Shown: positions 38,211-49,687, counted from the first letter of the stretch. The stretch: DNA of 64,000 nt from Candidatus Latescibacterota bacterium (GCA_965116885.1 OZ220741.1:864001-928000), one strand, 5' to 3'. The notes: generated by a model from the sequence alone, not told the origin. Numbers and translations: made by a program.

Positions 38211-38981
38211 TCACCGTTGAATATCGTGACGCGTGGCATCTTTGGGCACGGGCAAAACAAAATCCTCGTCGGACAAGCCCGCATTGACGACGCGCGATTT
38301 GATCTGTATGAGCATCACATCCTCACCCTGCCGAATCTCGATACGACGGGGCAGTGCAAAGCCGCCATCCATGCGATAATCAGACAGCATGCGTGCCGAT
38401 ACGAGTTGTCCATCGCCGTTATAAACCCTCTCCTCGCGCAAAAAACCCGTACGCGCCTCAATCCAGAGACGACGCAAATAAAGATCGTATTGCAACTCCA
38501 AAAAAATATGTTCTTCCCCGGGTTCAAAACGCACCACGCGGGAGGCATCTATGGGAGAGAGATTGGGCAAACCGAGAATGGCGCGATCGTACGCATAATA
38601 GGACAAATCAACATCCGTGAGTACGTAGAGCACATCTTCGGGATTGCCCACGAGATAGCGATTCTCGCGGGGCAGATGAACGTGCAGCGTATCGTTTTGG
38701 GCACGCGCGGCCATGACCACAGTGCCGAAACCCCCAACCACGAGTTTGAGATTCGAAGGAAAACGGTGGCGCACAAGCGCAGAAGCCCTGCGTTCGCGCA
38801 CCCCATCAACAGTGAGATCAACGCTGGCGCGAACTTCTTGATTGTGCAAACTGTCGTAGCGGGTAGCGATGAGATGGAAAAATTCGGTTGAAGAAGTAAC
38901 AGGCGGCAAAAGAGCGGGGCGATTGGCGACGCAACCAGCGACCAGAAAGAGGAGAATAAGTAGGCATCTACGATTGTGCAT
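38211..38981 (-). CDS. DUF4292 / LolB-like lipoprotein
   Basis: Lipobox VAGC; beta-rich LolA/LolB-like pattern (YRMDGGFALPRRIEI; VNAGLSDEDF); follows a TPR gene. Confidence 0.65.
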   Translation of the reverse strand: MHNRRCLLILLFLVAGCVANRPALLPPVTSSTEFFHLIATRYDSLHNQEVRASVDLTVDGVRERRASALVRHRFPSNLKLVVGGFGTVVMAARAQNDTLHVHLPRENRYLVGNPEDVLYVLTDVDLSYYAYDRAILGLPNLSPIDASRVVRFEPGEEHIFLELQYDLYLRRLWIEARTGFLREERVYNGDGQLVSARMLSDYRMDGGFALPRRIEIRQGEDVMLIQIKSRVVNAGLSDEDFVLPVPKDATRHDIQR

Positions 38982-38984
38982 GGG

Positions 38985-39020
38985 TTCGTCTATTCGTCCA
39001 TTCGTCCATTCGTCTATTCG
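38985..39020. repeat. 8-bp tandem repeat (TTCGTCYA) x4.5
   Basis: ttcgtcta ttcgtcca ttcgtcca ttcgtcta ttcg; contains the TPR gene stop codon. Confidence 0.8.
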
Positions 39021-40921
39021 GAATAACTGGCGTCTTTGGAAAGATTTTTGAATTTTTCCCGCAGAGTCTGGTTATCGGGATCAAATTCTATAGCGCGTTC
39101 ATAATGGTGGCTTGCGCGGGAGAAATCGCCCATTTTGTGCGCTGTGTCTCCCGCGTGCTCGTGGATGACCGCGAGATTTTCGCGCAGACCATCTACGATC
39201 GGGGAATTGGGATTGGTTTGGCGAAGGGTTTCTTCCTCTACGGTGAGTGCGCGGTCCAGCCAGCGCGCGGCATTTTCATACTGTTTGAGCTGATAATAGA
39301 CCCAGCCGAGGCTATCGAGATAAGCACCATTCTCAGGGTCATTTTTCAGGGCGCGTTCAATTAACTTTTTCGCTTCAGTGAGGCGTTCACCGCGCTCGGC
39401 GAGCATATACCCCAAATAATTGCTGGCCTCTGCGTGATCCTGGTCCAGTGCCAAAAGACGTTGAAATATGGCGACAGCGCGATCGAACTGTCCCGCCCGT
39501 TCAAGACTGCGCCCCAGATCAAAGAGCACATGCTCGAGAAATTCGGGATTGTCTTCCGTATCCGCGATAAGTGGCTCCAGCAGGGGAATGGCTTTTTCCC
39601 AGTTGCGATCAAAAAGATATGTGCGCGCCAGTTCGTAGCGAAAACCCGTGTGTTCTGGCCTCACGTCAACAGCCTGTTGATAGATATTGCGCGCACTGGC
39701 AATCTCGTCCTGCCGCAGATAAACGCGGGCGAGATCAAACGCGATTTGATCGTAATACTCGCTTTCAGAGCGCGTGTCTCGATGGAGTTTTTCCAAAATC
39801 TGTTGCGCGCTTGCCCAGTTTTCTTCAACTCTATAAGAACGGGCTATACCGAGATGATATTCGGTCTTTTCACCCTGCAAGTTGGCGTGGCGATAAGTTT
39901 TGCGCGCATCTGCCGTACGATTGACATCGAGCAACAGACCGGCTTTTGTGCCCAGCAGGGTCTGATTTTCGGGATCGGTTTGCAACTGGTGATTGAGAAC
40001 GCGTTCGGCCATATCGGCAAATAGCATTTTCTCGCCGTGATCGTGACGGCCCCGCACCATTCTGAGAAGCACATTGCCCAACCGATTGACCAGGTGGGTA
40101 TCTGGTGGCATTTCTTCAAGAAGGCGATTTAGATAGTATTTGTGAGTATAAATATGTACTAATTGAACCCAGACTGGAACAGTCTGCTTGGTAACGTTAT
40201 AATCTCGCCGCGCGACTATCCGCCGAAAATTTTGTTCGGCAGATAGTGTATCGCCCCGAGAGAGCTGTGTTATGCCCAGTTGAAAAAGGAGATCGTCATT
40301 ATTGGGATCATCTTCGAGGATATCGCGATAAATTTGCGCTGCTTTGTCAAACGCGCGCAGCCGGTGGTAGTTCTCAGCGGCAAAGAGCTTTTCCTGCGCG
40401 CCCTGTCCTGGAATAGCGGCAATGCTGTCGAGCACCGTTATGATTTTACTGCGCTGCCCCCGGGCATTGTAAATTTGGAGAAGTTGATTATAAGCACTCA
40501 GGTCTCGCGGCGCGAGTCGCACAATAGTATTTAACTGGTCAATAGCTGTGGTAGTATCGCGCAAGCCCCGGCTGAGAGCGTGATAATAGAGCCAGCGGGT
40601 CTGCACATTTTTGGGATCAATTTGAATGGCTCGCCGTGCGGGTTCGACCGCATCTTGAAACCGCCGAACAGCATTGAGATTGCGAGCCAGTGCGTTGTAA
40701 AGCGTCGCAGAGGTCGAATCGTACTGCACAGCAGCTCGCAGTTCGGAAATAGCCTGATCGCGTTGGCCTGCGGCTTCTGCAAATCGCGCTCGTAAAAAGT
40801 GCGTAACTGCCTGGGGATGCGGGGGTGTTTTCTTTGGTACAGACCGCAAGCTAATTTGCGGTTGCTGCGCTGTTGTACAGCCGATGAGCAATGTAAGCAA
40901 ACATAAGAATGTGTAACGCAT
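39014..40921 (-). CDS. Tetratricopeptide repeat lipoprotein
   Basis: Lipobox LIGC; many TPRs; C-terminal NYLGYMLAE...DPENGAYLDSLGWVYY. Confidence 0.88.
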   Translation of the reverse strand: MRYTFLCLLTLLIGCTTAQQPQISLRSVPKKTPPHPQAVTHFLRARFAEAAGQRDQAISELRAAVQYDSTSATLYNALARNLNAVRRFQDAVEPARRAIQIDPKNVQTRWLYYHALSRGLRDTTTAIDQLNTIVRLAPRDLSAYNQLLQIYNARGQRSKIITVLDSIAAIPGQGAQEKLFAAENYHRLRAFDKAAQIYRDILEDDPNNDDLLFQLGITQLSRGDTLSAEQNFRRIVARRDYNVTKQTVPVWVQLVHIYTHKYYLNRLLEEMPPDTHLVNRLGNVLLRMVRGRHDHGEKMLFADMAERVLNHQLQTDPENQTLLGTKAGLLLDVNRTADARKTYRHANLQGEKTEYHLGIARSYRVEENWASAQQILEKLHRDTRSESEYYDQIAFDLARVYLRQDEIASARNIYQQAVDVRPEHTGFRYELARTYLFDRNWEKAIPLLEPLIADTEDNPEFLEHVLFDLGRSLERAGQFDRAVAIFQRLLALDQDHAEASNYLGYMLAERGERLTEAKKLIERALKNDPENGAYLDSLGWVYYQLKQYENAARWLDRALTVEEETLRQTNPNSPIVDGLRENLAVIHEHAGDTAHKMGDFSRASHHYERAIEFDPDNQTLREKFKNLSKDASYSE

Positions 40922-40926
40922 GATCT

Positions 40927-42177
40927 TTAATCCCTATGTGGGCGAATTTTTGATTTGGGTTTTTTGAACTCCCACATCAGTTCGCTGCGGCCAAAATCGG
41001 TTTCGTGAGACTGCACGATGAGTTTGATGTACTTTGTCTGATCTGAAACAACTGGTGTTTTCATAACCGTATGCGCAGAAAAATAAAGTATAAGCAATTT
41101 TTCATTGCCCACATAAGTAATATTCATGGGCGGCTCTGCAAAATAGCGCACCTTTTCACCGGGCGTATAAGTGGGAGAAATATACGTACCAAATACATCC
41201 GTAACTTCCATTTCTCTGCCCGGTACAGAAACCTGGAGTGCTTCGAGCGGATAAAATGCCCGTTCTTCAATTTTGTCGGGTTCATACCCGATCTCTTCGC
41301 TGTCTTCGAGGTAAATTGTCCAGCGACTCAGATCGAGATACGCCTTGTCGTAAATGGTATTGAATTTTAAGCGAATTTGAATATCGTCATCGAGTCGGTT
41401 TTGGCTGGCATACGCATCCCATGTCTGGGCAGAAATGCTATCGGGACCGTAGTGGGTTTGCAACATGTCAAACTCTGAACGCACGAGATCCGGGACGTAA
41501 AGCGTAGCAGAGATGAGCAGCGGGGAACGCACGACGCGATAGCGTTCGGAAACGTTCAACTCTCGGAATTGCAAATCGGGGTGCGCGGCAATACTCGGTG
41601 CCTGCGACAGATTGTCTATAGGACGCACCGAGGGAACAAAGCTGCGCACAGTCCATATCTTGAGCAATTGCGGATATGTCCAGGTATTATCTGGATCCGG
41701 CTTTGATGGCAGGGTGAGTTTATAGACCTCCTTTTTTCCCGAAAACTCGGGAAAAAGCGGGGAGTTTTGAACGTGATAATAGGGATATTGCGCAATGGGA
41801 ATGGCAAAAACATCGCCTTTGCCAATGAGTTTATCCAGGCGTTCAATTTGCTTGCTATCGAGCGCAGTTTTAAGCGCATCAAACACGGCACTCGCACTGT
41901 CATTAGCACTCTGCCGCAGACTTCTCAGATCTTTGAGTTTGGGAACATAGCCCTGCCACAAAAGGGCTTCATTGGTACGGCGCGCGCGTTCGGTTTGATA
42001 TTCAATCACGACATCGCGAAGTGCTGAAACGCGTTTGGCAATATGCTCTTTCTGATCGCCCCTCGCCTTGAGATGTTTGCTCAATCGATCCGCTTCGAGG
42101 AGATCCTTCGTATTGGCACCCCAGGCAGTTTGGAGCGCGACAAGGAAAACCGCGACGAAACTTGCTCGGAAAAACAT
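40927..42177 (-). CDS. Hypothetical secreted protein
   Basis: Signal peptide ending AWG-A; about 416 aa; co-oriented with rnr and the TPR gene. Confidence 0.75.
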   Translation of the reverse strand: MFFRASFVAVFLVALQTAWGANTKDLLEADRLSKHLKARGDQKEHIAKRVSALRDVVIEYQTERARRTNEALLWQGYVPKLKDLRSLRQSANDSASAVFDALKTALDSKQIERLDKLIGKGDVFAIPIAQYPYYHVQNSPLFPEFSGKKEVYKLTLPSKPDPDNTWTYPQLLKIWTVRSFVPSVRPIDNLSQAPSIAAHPDLQFRELNVSERYRVVRSPLLISATLYVPDLVRSEFDMLQTHYGPDSISAQTWDAYASQNRLDDDIQIRLKFNTIYDKAYLDLSRWTIYLEDSEEIGYEPDKIEERAFYPLEALQVSVPGREMEVTDVFGTYISPTYTPGEKVRYFAEPPMNITYVGNEKLLILYFSAHTVMKTPVVSDQTKYIKLIVQSHETDFGRSELMWEFKKPKSKIRPHRD

Positions 42178-42257
42178 GATATATACCCGTGTGTATTTTA
42201 TGTCTAAAGCCAACCCCTATTTTAATGTTTGAACGCCCAAAAGGTTCAAAATTGCGT

Positions 42258-44393
42258 TTATCTTCGCCCGCGTCTTTTGGGGCGAACATTTTGCGTATGT
42301 GACAAAAGGTGAAAATCTATCCGCAGGCGTTGCCGGTCGAGTTGGGCGAGTTGTACCTGAACCGAATCGCCGAGTCGGAAAATCGTTCCCGTGGATTCAC
42401 CAATGAGCGCGCCTTGCAACTCGTGGTAAATATAATAATCATCATAGAGATATTTTACGTGAACCAGGCCCTCAATGAGCACATCATTGAGTTGAACAAA
42501 AAACCCGATAGAACGCACATCGACAATAACGGCATCGAAACACTCGCCCATCTTATCTTTCAAATAGAGAATTTGCATAAGCCGAATAGCATCCCACTCG
42601 GCTTGTTGCGCGGCGATCTCGCGTTGCGTCGCCAAATCGCCAATATCGGGCAAGAGGCGTGCGCGGCGCGCCATCTGCCCGGGCGTAATCGCATCGTTGA
42701 TCGCATCGCGCAAAGTGCGGTGAAGAATCAGATCGGGGTAGCGTCGAATGGGCGATGTGAAGTGCGTATAAGTATCGCAAGCCAACCCAAAATGACCGAC
42801 ATTGTCGGGCGTGTACACGGCTTTCTTCATTGAACGCAACAGGCGGTGGCTCAAAATATGCCCTATAGGCTCATCCTTAAAATTGGCGAGAAACGCCTGG
42901 ATGCTATCTATCCGCGAAGGATTGGAAAGGCGATACCCCAATGTTCTCGCCAGATCGCAAAATTCGGCGAGTTTTTCACCGTCGGGCGGTTCGTGGACGC
43001 GATAGAGAATCGGGACGCCGCTATCGGCCATGCGCCGCGCGACAATCTCATTGGCCAGAAGCATAAATTCTTCAATAAGACGATGACTATTCAAACGCGC
43101 ACGGGGAAGAATGTGAACAGGATAGCCCTGATCGTCGAGAATAATACGAGGTTCGGGAATCTCAAAATCGATCGTACCCCTTGCCATGCGTTTCCCTGTC
43201 AGACATCTCCTCAGAGCCTCCATATGCAGGAGAACATCGGCATGCGATTCGGCGGGATTGTCCGCACACCTATCGCCATCGAGCACCTGCTGAACCTCTT
43301 CATAAGACAGACTCGCCCGACTGCGTATAACCGTCTCTGCAATTTGGGCGTCAATCAACTCACCGTCGGAGGTAATCCGCGCCAGAATACTCAGCGTTAG
43401 ACGATCTTCACAGGGCTGTAAAGAACAGATATTTGCCGAGAGTTTTTCCGGCAACATGGGAATGACGCGATCGGGCAAATACACGCTACTGCCGCGCGCG
43501 AGAGCTTCGTGGTCGAGAGACGAGCCTTCGGGAACATAGTAGCTAACATCGGCAATATGAATGCCCAGACAATAGGTCTGATCATCGAGAACCTGAAGCG
43601 ATACGGCATCGTCGTGATCGCGCGCATCGGCTGGATCAATCGTAAAACAGACCAAATCGCGCAAATCGAGGCGACGGTCAATCTCCTCTGTGGGAATACC
43701 TTCGGGAATCGCTTCTGTGGCATCGAGAACATGGTGGGGAAATTCGAGTGGAAGACCGAGTTTTTTGATCAGAATAAGGGTCTCAATACCCGCATCTTCC
43801 GCATTGCCCAGAACTTCGATAATCCGTCCATCGGGATGGGCATTGGGCGAGGAATATGTGAGACGCACAACCACCTTTTGCCCCGCCTTAGCATCGTGAG
43901 TGGGGTCATCGGAGATATGAATACGCGCGCGGATACGCGGATCGTCGGAGACCACAAGAGAAACGCCATCATACGTACCCACCACTGTTTGCTCGGCGCG
44001 TTCCACAATGCGAACCAACTCACCCTCTGCGCGATCGCTGCCCTGTGCCCTGCGCGTGAGGCGCGCCACAGCGCGGTCGCCGTGTCGCGCACGTCTCATG
44101 TATCTCGCACCAATAAAAATATCTGCGCCGCCATCTTCGGGCGCAAGCAGACCATATCCACTGGCCTGGACACTGATGCGACCGACGACGAGATTGTGAT
44201 CAGACGGAATGCCGTAGCGGCTGCGGCGCAATTTTACGAGGTCACCATCGCGCACCAGGCGGCGAATCAGGCGGCGAAAATCTGAATAAGCCCGATCGGA
44301 GACGCGAAGAGCGCGAGCAAGTTCCCTGATCTTGAGCGGACGCCTGTGTTGTTGGCGCACAAAATTCAGTACTTGATCGCGAGAGACAGACAT
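42258..44393 (-). CDS. rnr: Ribonuclease R
   Basis: FTIDPADARDHDDA, LIEEFMLLAN, YTHFTSPIRRYPD, S1 domain, basic tail. Confidence 0.95.
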   Translation of the reverse strand: MSVSRDQVLNFVRQQHRRPLKIRELARALRVSDRAYSDFRRLIRRLVRDGDLVKLRRSRYGIPSDHNLVVGRISVQASGYGLLAPEDGGADIFIGARYMRRARHGDRAVARLTRRAQGSDRAEGELVRIVERAEQTVVGTYDGVSLVVSDDPRIRARIHISDDPTHDAKAGQKVVVRLTYSSPNAHPDGRIIEVLGNAEDAGIETLILIKKLGLPLEFPHHVLDATEAIPEGIPTEEIDRRLDLRDLVCFTIDPADARDHDDAVSLQVLDDQTYCLGIHIADVSYYVPEGSSLDHEALARGSSVYLPDRVIPMLPEKLSANICSLQPCEDRLTLSILARITSDGELIDAQIAETVIRSRASLSYEEVQQVLDGDRCADNPAESHADVLLHMEALRRCLTGKRMARGTIDFEIPEPRIILDDQGYPVHILPRARLNSHRLIEEFMLLANEIVARRMADSGVPILYRVHEPPDGEKLAEFCDLARTLGYRLSNPSRIDSIQAFLANFKDEPIGHILSHRLLRSMKKAVYTPDNVGHFGLACDTYTHFTSPIRRYPDLILHRTLRDAINDAITPGQMARRARLLPDIGDLATQREIAAQQAEWDAIRLMQILYLKDKMGECFDAVIVDVRSIGFFVQLNDVLIEGLVHVKYLYDDYYIYHELQGALIGESTGTIFRLGDSVQVQLAQLDRQRLRIDFHLLSHTQNVRPKRRGRR

Positions 44394-44513
44394 ATTTCTA
44401 TAGGAACCAATAGCAGACAAACAGGCGGGAGATGTGGTGGCGGTGTGTGAGCAAAATCATTATACTGCTGAGGATAACTCAAGGCAAATATACGGAAAGG
44501 GTGCGAAAAAGCA

Positions 44514-45599
44514 ATGCAAAACCTCTACCGGCTAATCGCAATAGCTCTCTTGTGCTTTGGGGGATGCGCCGCGCAATATGTTCTGGCACCCGACGGGGAA
44601 TACGATTATCGCGTGCCCGTTGGGCGAGGTGATGCCCAGGCGGGATTTGAAACCCTATTTGCTTCCACCGTAAAAGTCGTGTGGACACCCCAATATACCA
44701 ACGTATTTTACACACATGACATGAGAAACGACAGAGGCTTATTGCTCCATTTGCCTTTAAGAGATGAAAACAGCCCAACCGGCTATCGGCTATTGCGAAA
44801 TGGCATCCGCGAAACCGTCGATTCTTATTCCAAAGTGGGCACCGCGCTCGTAATTTCGCGACAAGCCGTGGCCAATCAATACAATGTGGCAGTTGCACTG
44901 ACAAATGCACATCTGGTAACAGCACCGGATACCATTCGGTATTTCATGCGAGACGTCCGGGGCATCGAAACGAAGGTACTCGAACGAATCTCCATTAAAA
45001 TCAGCACCTCATTGCACGTGGTCAATCGCGATGGCGAACGCATCTCTGCAAAAATCGTGCGCCTCGATCCCGAAGCAGACCTATCTTTGCTCAAACTCAA
45101 TATCCCCAATCTGATGAAAAAACCCTGGCCTTTTTTGCTGCGACTGGGCAAAACATCGGATCTGCAATGGGGCAATTTTGTCTATATCGCAGGTCATCCA
45201 AAAAATAAGATGCATCTCACTGCGGGCACCGTGAGTTTAGACGAAGACGATGATCGGTTTTTTGTCGATGCGCCCATCCGTGCAGGCTACAGTGGCGGGC
45301 CTGTGGTTGCCGTACGAGATGGCTTGCCCAATTTTGAACTCGTGGGCCTTTGTCGGGGAGCGACAACAGAAACATTCCGCTTGCTGGTGCCTCACCAGAG
45401 ATTGAATGAAGGTGCGACATTATCGCCCGATTTGCTCAGTCAAATCTCGGTTGAAGAGCGCGAGATGGTGGAACCCGGTTTGGGTATTATCGTGGGAATT
45501 GAAGCCGTCAAACGATTTCTATTGGACAGTCGCGATTCGCTCCGCGCGAACGGTGTAGATATCAAAACCGATGCCGCATTGCGAATGTGGGGGTTTTGA
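44514..45599 (+). CDS. Trypsin-like (S1) serine protease lipoprotein
   Basis: Lipobox FGGC; catalytic triad TNAHLV / DLSLL / GYSGGP. Confidence 0.85.
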   Translation: MQNLYRLIAIALLCFGGCAAQYVLAPDGEYDYRVPVGRGDAQAGFETLFASTVKVVWTPQYTNVFYTHDMRNDRGLLLHLPLRDENSPTGYRLLRNGIRETVDSYSKVGTALVISRQAVANQYNVAVALTNAHLVTAPDTIRYFMRDVRGIETKVLERISIKISTSLHVVNRDGERISAKIVRLDPEADLSLLKLNIPNLMKKPWPFLLRLGKTSDLQWGNFVYIAGHPKNKMHLTAGTVSLDEDDDRFFVDAPIRAGYSGGPVVAVRDGLPNFELVGLCRGATTETFRLLVPHQRLNEGATLSPDLLSQISVEEREMVEPGLGIIVGIEAVKRFLLDSRDSLRANGVDIKTDAALRMWGF

Positions 45600-45651
45600 A
45601 TTCGGGCGATTTGTATTATATTGTCGGGTTATATTGTTAATCCGATTTTTT

Positions 45652-45677
45652 GTAGGGGCGACCCCCTGTGGTCGCCC
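45652..45677 (+). repeat. GTAG-REP hairpin
   Basis: GTAGGGGCGACCCCCTGTGGTCGCCC, identical to the copies at 6977 and 29439. Confidence 0.85.
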
Positions 45678-45709
45678 GCTGACCTTACACATTTTACAAG
45701 GAGATCCAA

Positions 45710-46156
45710 ATGAAACATTTTACCATTTCCTTACTAAGCGTATTCCTTCTTCCCGCGCTGGTCGGAGCGCACTGCGAAATACCGTGTGGGATCTATGGCG
45801 ATGAGGGTCGGTTTGCGCTGCTATTGGAAAACGCGACCACCATTGAAAAATCGATGAATGAAATCAACAGATTGTCGGGAGAAAGCGAAAAAAACAACAA
45901 CCAGATCGTGCGGTGGGTCGTCAACAAAGAGCACCATGCCGATCAGATTCGCGATATCGTCGCACAATACTTCCTGGCACAGCGGATCACAGAACCCGCG
46001 GAAGGGACGGCTGCAAAAGCCTATACTGAAAAACTAATAGCCCTGCACAAAATCATCCGCACGGCAATGAAGTGCAAACAAACCACAGACCCGAAAAACG
46101 CGCAGACCTTGCGCGATCACATAAACGCCTTTCAGGCGCTCTACAACGCGAAATAG
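45710..46156 (+). CDS. sodN: Nickel superoxide dismutase
   Basis: Ni-hook HCEIPCGIY after a signal peptide; RWVVNKEHHA; KCKQ. Confidence 0.93.
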   Translation: MKHFTISLLSVFLLPALVGAHCEIPCGIYGDEGRFALLLENATTIEKSMNEINRLSGESEKNNNQIVRWVVNKEHHADQIRDIVAQYFLAQRITEPAEGTAAKAYTEKLIALHKIIRTAMKCKQTTDPKNAQTLRDHINAFQALYNAK

Positions 46157-46163
46157 AGAAACA

Positions 46164-46247
46164 GGGACGGCACAGGGGCCGTCCCCTACGGTCTCCTGCG
46201 TTTGAATACAATCATTATCTGTAGGGGCGATGCCCCCGTGCCCACCC
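46164..46247. repeat. REP doublet
   Basis: GGGACGGCACAGGGGCCGTCCCCTAC ... GTAGGGGCGATGCCCCCGTGCCCACCC. Confidence 0.8.
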
Positions 46248-46257
46248 GTCACAATTT

Positions 46258-46300
46258 ATGGGACAATCTCGATTGAGATTGTCCCATTTTTTTATTTTTT
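46258..46300 (+). terminator. Intrinsic terminator after sodN
   Basis: ATGGGACAATCTC-GATT-GAGATTGTCCCAT followed by a T run. Confidence 0.85.
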
Positions 46301-46301
46301 C

Positions 46302-46330
46302 TTGCGCTACTGAAAGGTCTTTGATATATT
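46302..46330 (+). promoter_or_regulatory. Sigma70-type promoter of groESL
   Basis: TTGCGC-N17-TATATT, 10 nt upstream of CIRCE. Confidence 0.7.
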
Positions 46331-46340
46331 CTCCGCCCCA

Positions 46341-46367
46341 TTAGCACTCGACAGGTGAGAGTGCTAA
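46341..46367. promoter_or_regulatory. CIRCE element (HrcA operator)
   Basis: Exact consensus TTAGCACTC-N9-GAGTGCTAA. Confidence 0.97.
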
Positions 46368-46417
46368 AACAATCATCCGTATCTTTTCACTCCACCTCGC
46401 ATAAGGAGGCTATAACA

Positions 46418-46708
46418 ATGGCGAAGGTGAAACCCCTCGGGGATCGCGTGCTGGTCAAACCTGTTGAAGAAGCCGAACAGGTCAAGGGCGGCATCATCAT
46501 TCCCGATACGGCCAAAGAAAAACCCCAGCGGGGCGAAATTGTGGCTGTTGGCGATGGCAAGCCCGACGATTCGGGCAACCGGATCCCGTTGTCGGTCGCA
46601 TCCGGCGACACAGTACTTTACGGCAAGTATTCAGGCACAGAAGTCCGTCTGGACGACGAAGACTATCTGATCATGCCCGAAGGCGATATTTTAGCGATCA
46701 TTGATTAA
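46418..46708 (+). CDS. groES: Co-chaperonin GroES
   Basis: [40 protein letters not shown]. Confidence 0.97.
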   Translation: MAKVKPLGDRVLVKPVEEAEQVKGGIIIPDTAKEKPQRGEIVAVGDGKPDDSGNRIPLSVASGDTVLYGKYSGTEVRLDDEDYLIMPEGDILAIID

Positions 46709-48376
<1,668 letters not shown>

Positions 48377-48391
48377 GCGGTCAGTCTTTCG

Positions 48392-48430
48392 CAAAAAAAG
48401 GGCACCCAACAAACAGGGTGTCCTTTTTTG
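48392..48430 (+). terminator. Intrinsic terminator after groEL
   Basis: AAAAAAAGGGCACCC-loop-GGGTGTCCTTTTTT. Confidence 0.85.
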
Positions 48431-48719
48431 TGAGCAGTACATATCTTTCACCATCCCACTCATTCATCGTTCAAAATTTACTCTTTCCCCGTCAACGCCT
48501 GTCTGCTCCATCTCCGCTCCAACAGGCAATCCACAAATTCAAGTTGTGAACAAAAGCACAATACAGCATATTGAAAGCATAATGAGGTGCCGGAGTTTCT
48601 GACAAGCCCTTTTATCGCTCAATTTTGTGATAATTTCATTTCTGGCATGATATTTGCTTGAGGTCTGACTGTTGCGTTTGTCCAAAATACGACCAACTCT
48701 CAGATCTGAGGCATCTCAC

Positions 48720-49628
48720 ATGGCCGAATTTGATACGATTTCCAAACACCTCATTCAGAAATATCCCGACGACTTTGCCAGCTTCTCCCTCGGACGCGAG
48801 GATGTTGAAGTTCTTGCAGTCATGGACACAGAGCAATACACTGTTGAAGCACGCCAAACCGATAGCCTGATTCGCGTGCGTATCGATGGTGAGGAGGTAT
48901 TGGTCCACAACGAGTTTCAAACGACTGGCAGCACCAATCCTCCTATGCCACGCCGCATGGCGGGCTATATCGGACATGCGATTCGGCAATACGGCCTGCC
49001 GATCTATTCCAATGTCATCTATCTACGTCCCAATGCGGGGCAGCACGATACCGGGTACTATGTCCAGGAGCATCTCGACTACGAAATCACAATTCGGTAT
49101 CGTGTGATCAGACTGATTGAGATAGAAGGTCAGCACGTTCTCAATGCGGGGCAATCGGGTCTGATCCCTTTCACGCCATTGATGAAGCCGCCTGAAAGAA
49201 TGGCATCTGATACGTGGTTACATCAGTGTATTCACACGGCTCGGACGCGTCCCATCACTCGGTCATATAGGGCGGATTATCTCGCAGGCATGGTGGCGTT
49301 GAGCGAGTTGGTGTATGCTTCTGAAACAATTTCTGATATTATATTGAAGGAGGGCATCATGGATCTGATCCGCGAATCATCACTTTTTCAATCCCTTACC
49401 CAGGAAAGTAGAGAGGAAGCCAGAGAGGAAGGCATTGAGCAAGGAAAAAGAAAAAGCACGCTCGAAGATATCCTTGAAGTGTTGGAGATTCGTTTTGATC
49501 TCCCTGCATCGCATCCCTTATCTGATCGCATCGCGGCTATTGAAGATTTACAACGCCTCAAGCAGTTGCACCGCGCGGCAATACAGGTGACCAGCCTTGA
49601 AGCATTTCAGCATCTGTTAGATGAGTAA
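48720..49628 (+). CDS. Rpn family recombination-promoting nuclease / putative transposase (PD-(D/E)XK)
   Basis: FDTISKHL, RQTDSL...LVHNEFQT, MPRRMAGY, VIYL, LIPFTPLM; REEAREEGIEQG repeats and a helical C-terminal tail. Confidence 0.85.
   Translation: MAEFDTISKHLIQKYPDDFASFSLGREDVEVLAVMDTEQYTVEARQTDSLIRVRIDGEEVLVHNEFQTTGSTNPPMPRRMAGYIGHAIRQYGLPIYSNVIYLRPNAGQHDTGYYVQEHLDYEITIRYRVIRLIEIEGQHVLNAGQSGLIPFTPLMKPPERMASDTWLHQCIHTARTRPITRSYRADYLAGMVALSELVYASETISDIILKEGIMDLIRESSLFQSLTQESREEAREEGIEQGKRKSTLEDILEVLEIRFDLPASHPLSDRIAAIEDLQRLKQLHRAAIQVTSLEAFQHLLDE
49359..49628 (+). CDS. Putative internally translated Rpn C-terminal antitoxin (RpnS-like), 89 aa
   Basis: AAGGAGG (49347-49353), a 5-nt spacer, then an in-frame ATG at 49359 (MDLIRESS...). 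Confidence 0.6.
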   Translation: MDLIRESSLFQSLTQESREEAREEGIEQGKRKSTLEDILEVLEIRFDLPASHPLSDRIAAIEDLQRLKQLHRAAIQVTSLEAFQHLLDE

Positions 49629-49687
49629 CGCGATTTTCAAAAAGGAGAGCGTAGTGAGTTAAGTCACGGTAACGTGGGCGAAACGGT

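Noticed and set aside
48430..48720. Possible IS end or gene remnant between groEL and rpn (e.g. GAGTTTCTGACAAGCCC)
   Set aside because: No matching inverted repeat or transposase fragment found, and no recognisable ORF
48720..49628. Rpn as an active transposon
   Set aside because: No terminal repeats or target duplication seen; the family label 'putative transposase' is not evidence of mobility
49640..49665. AAGGAG followed by GTG after rpn
   Set aside because: Reads only GTG-AGT-TAA; too short to support a gene or pseudogene
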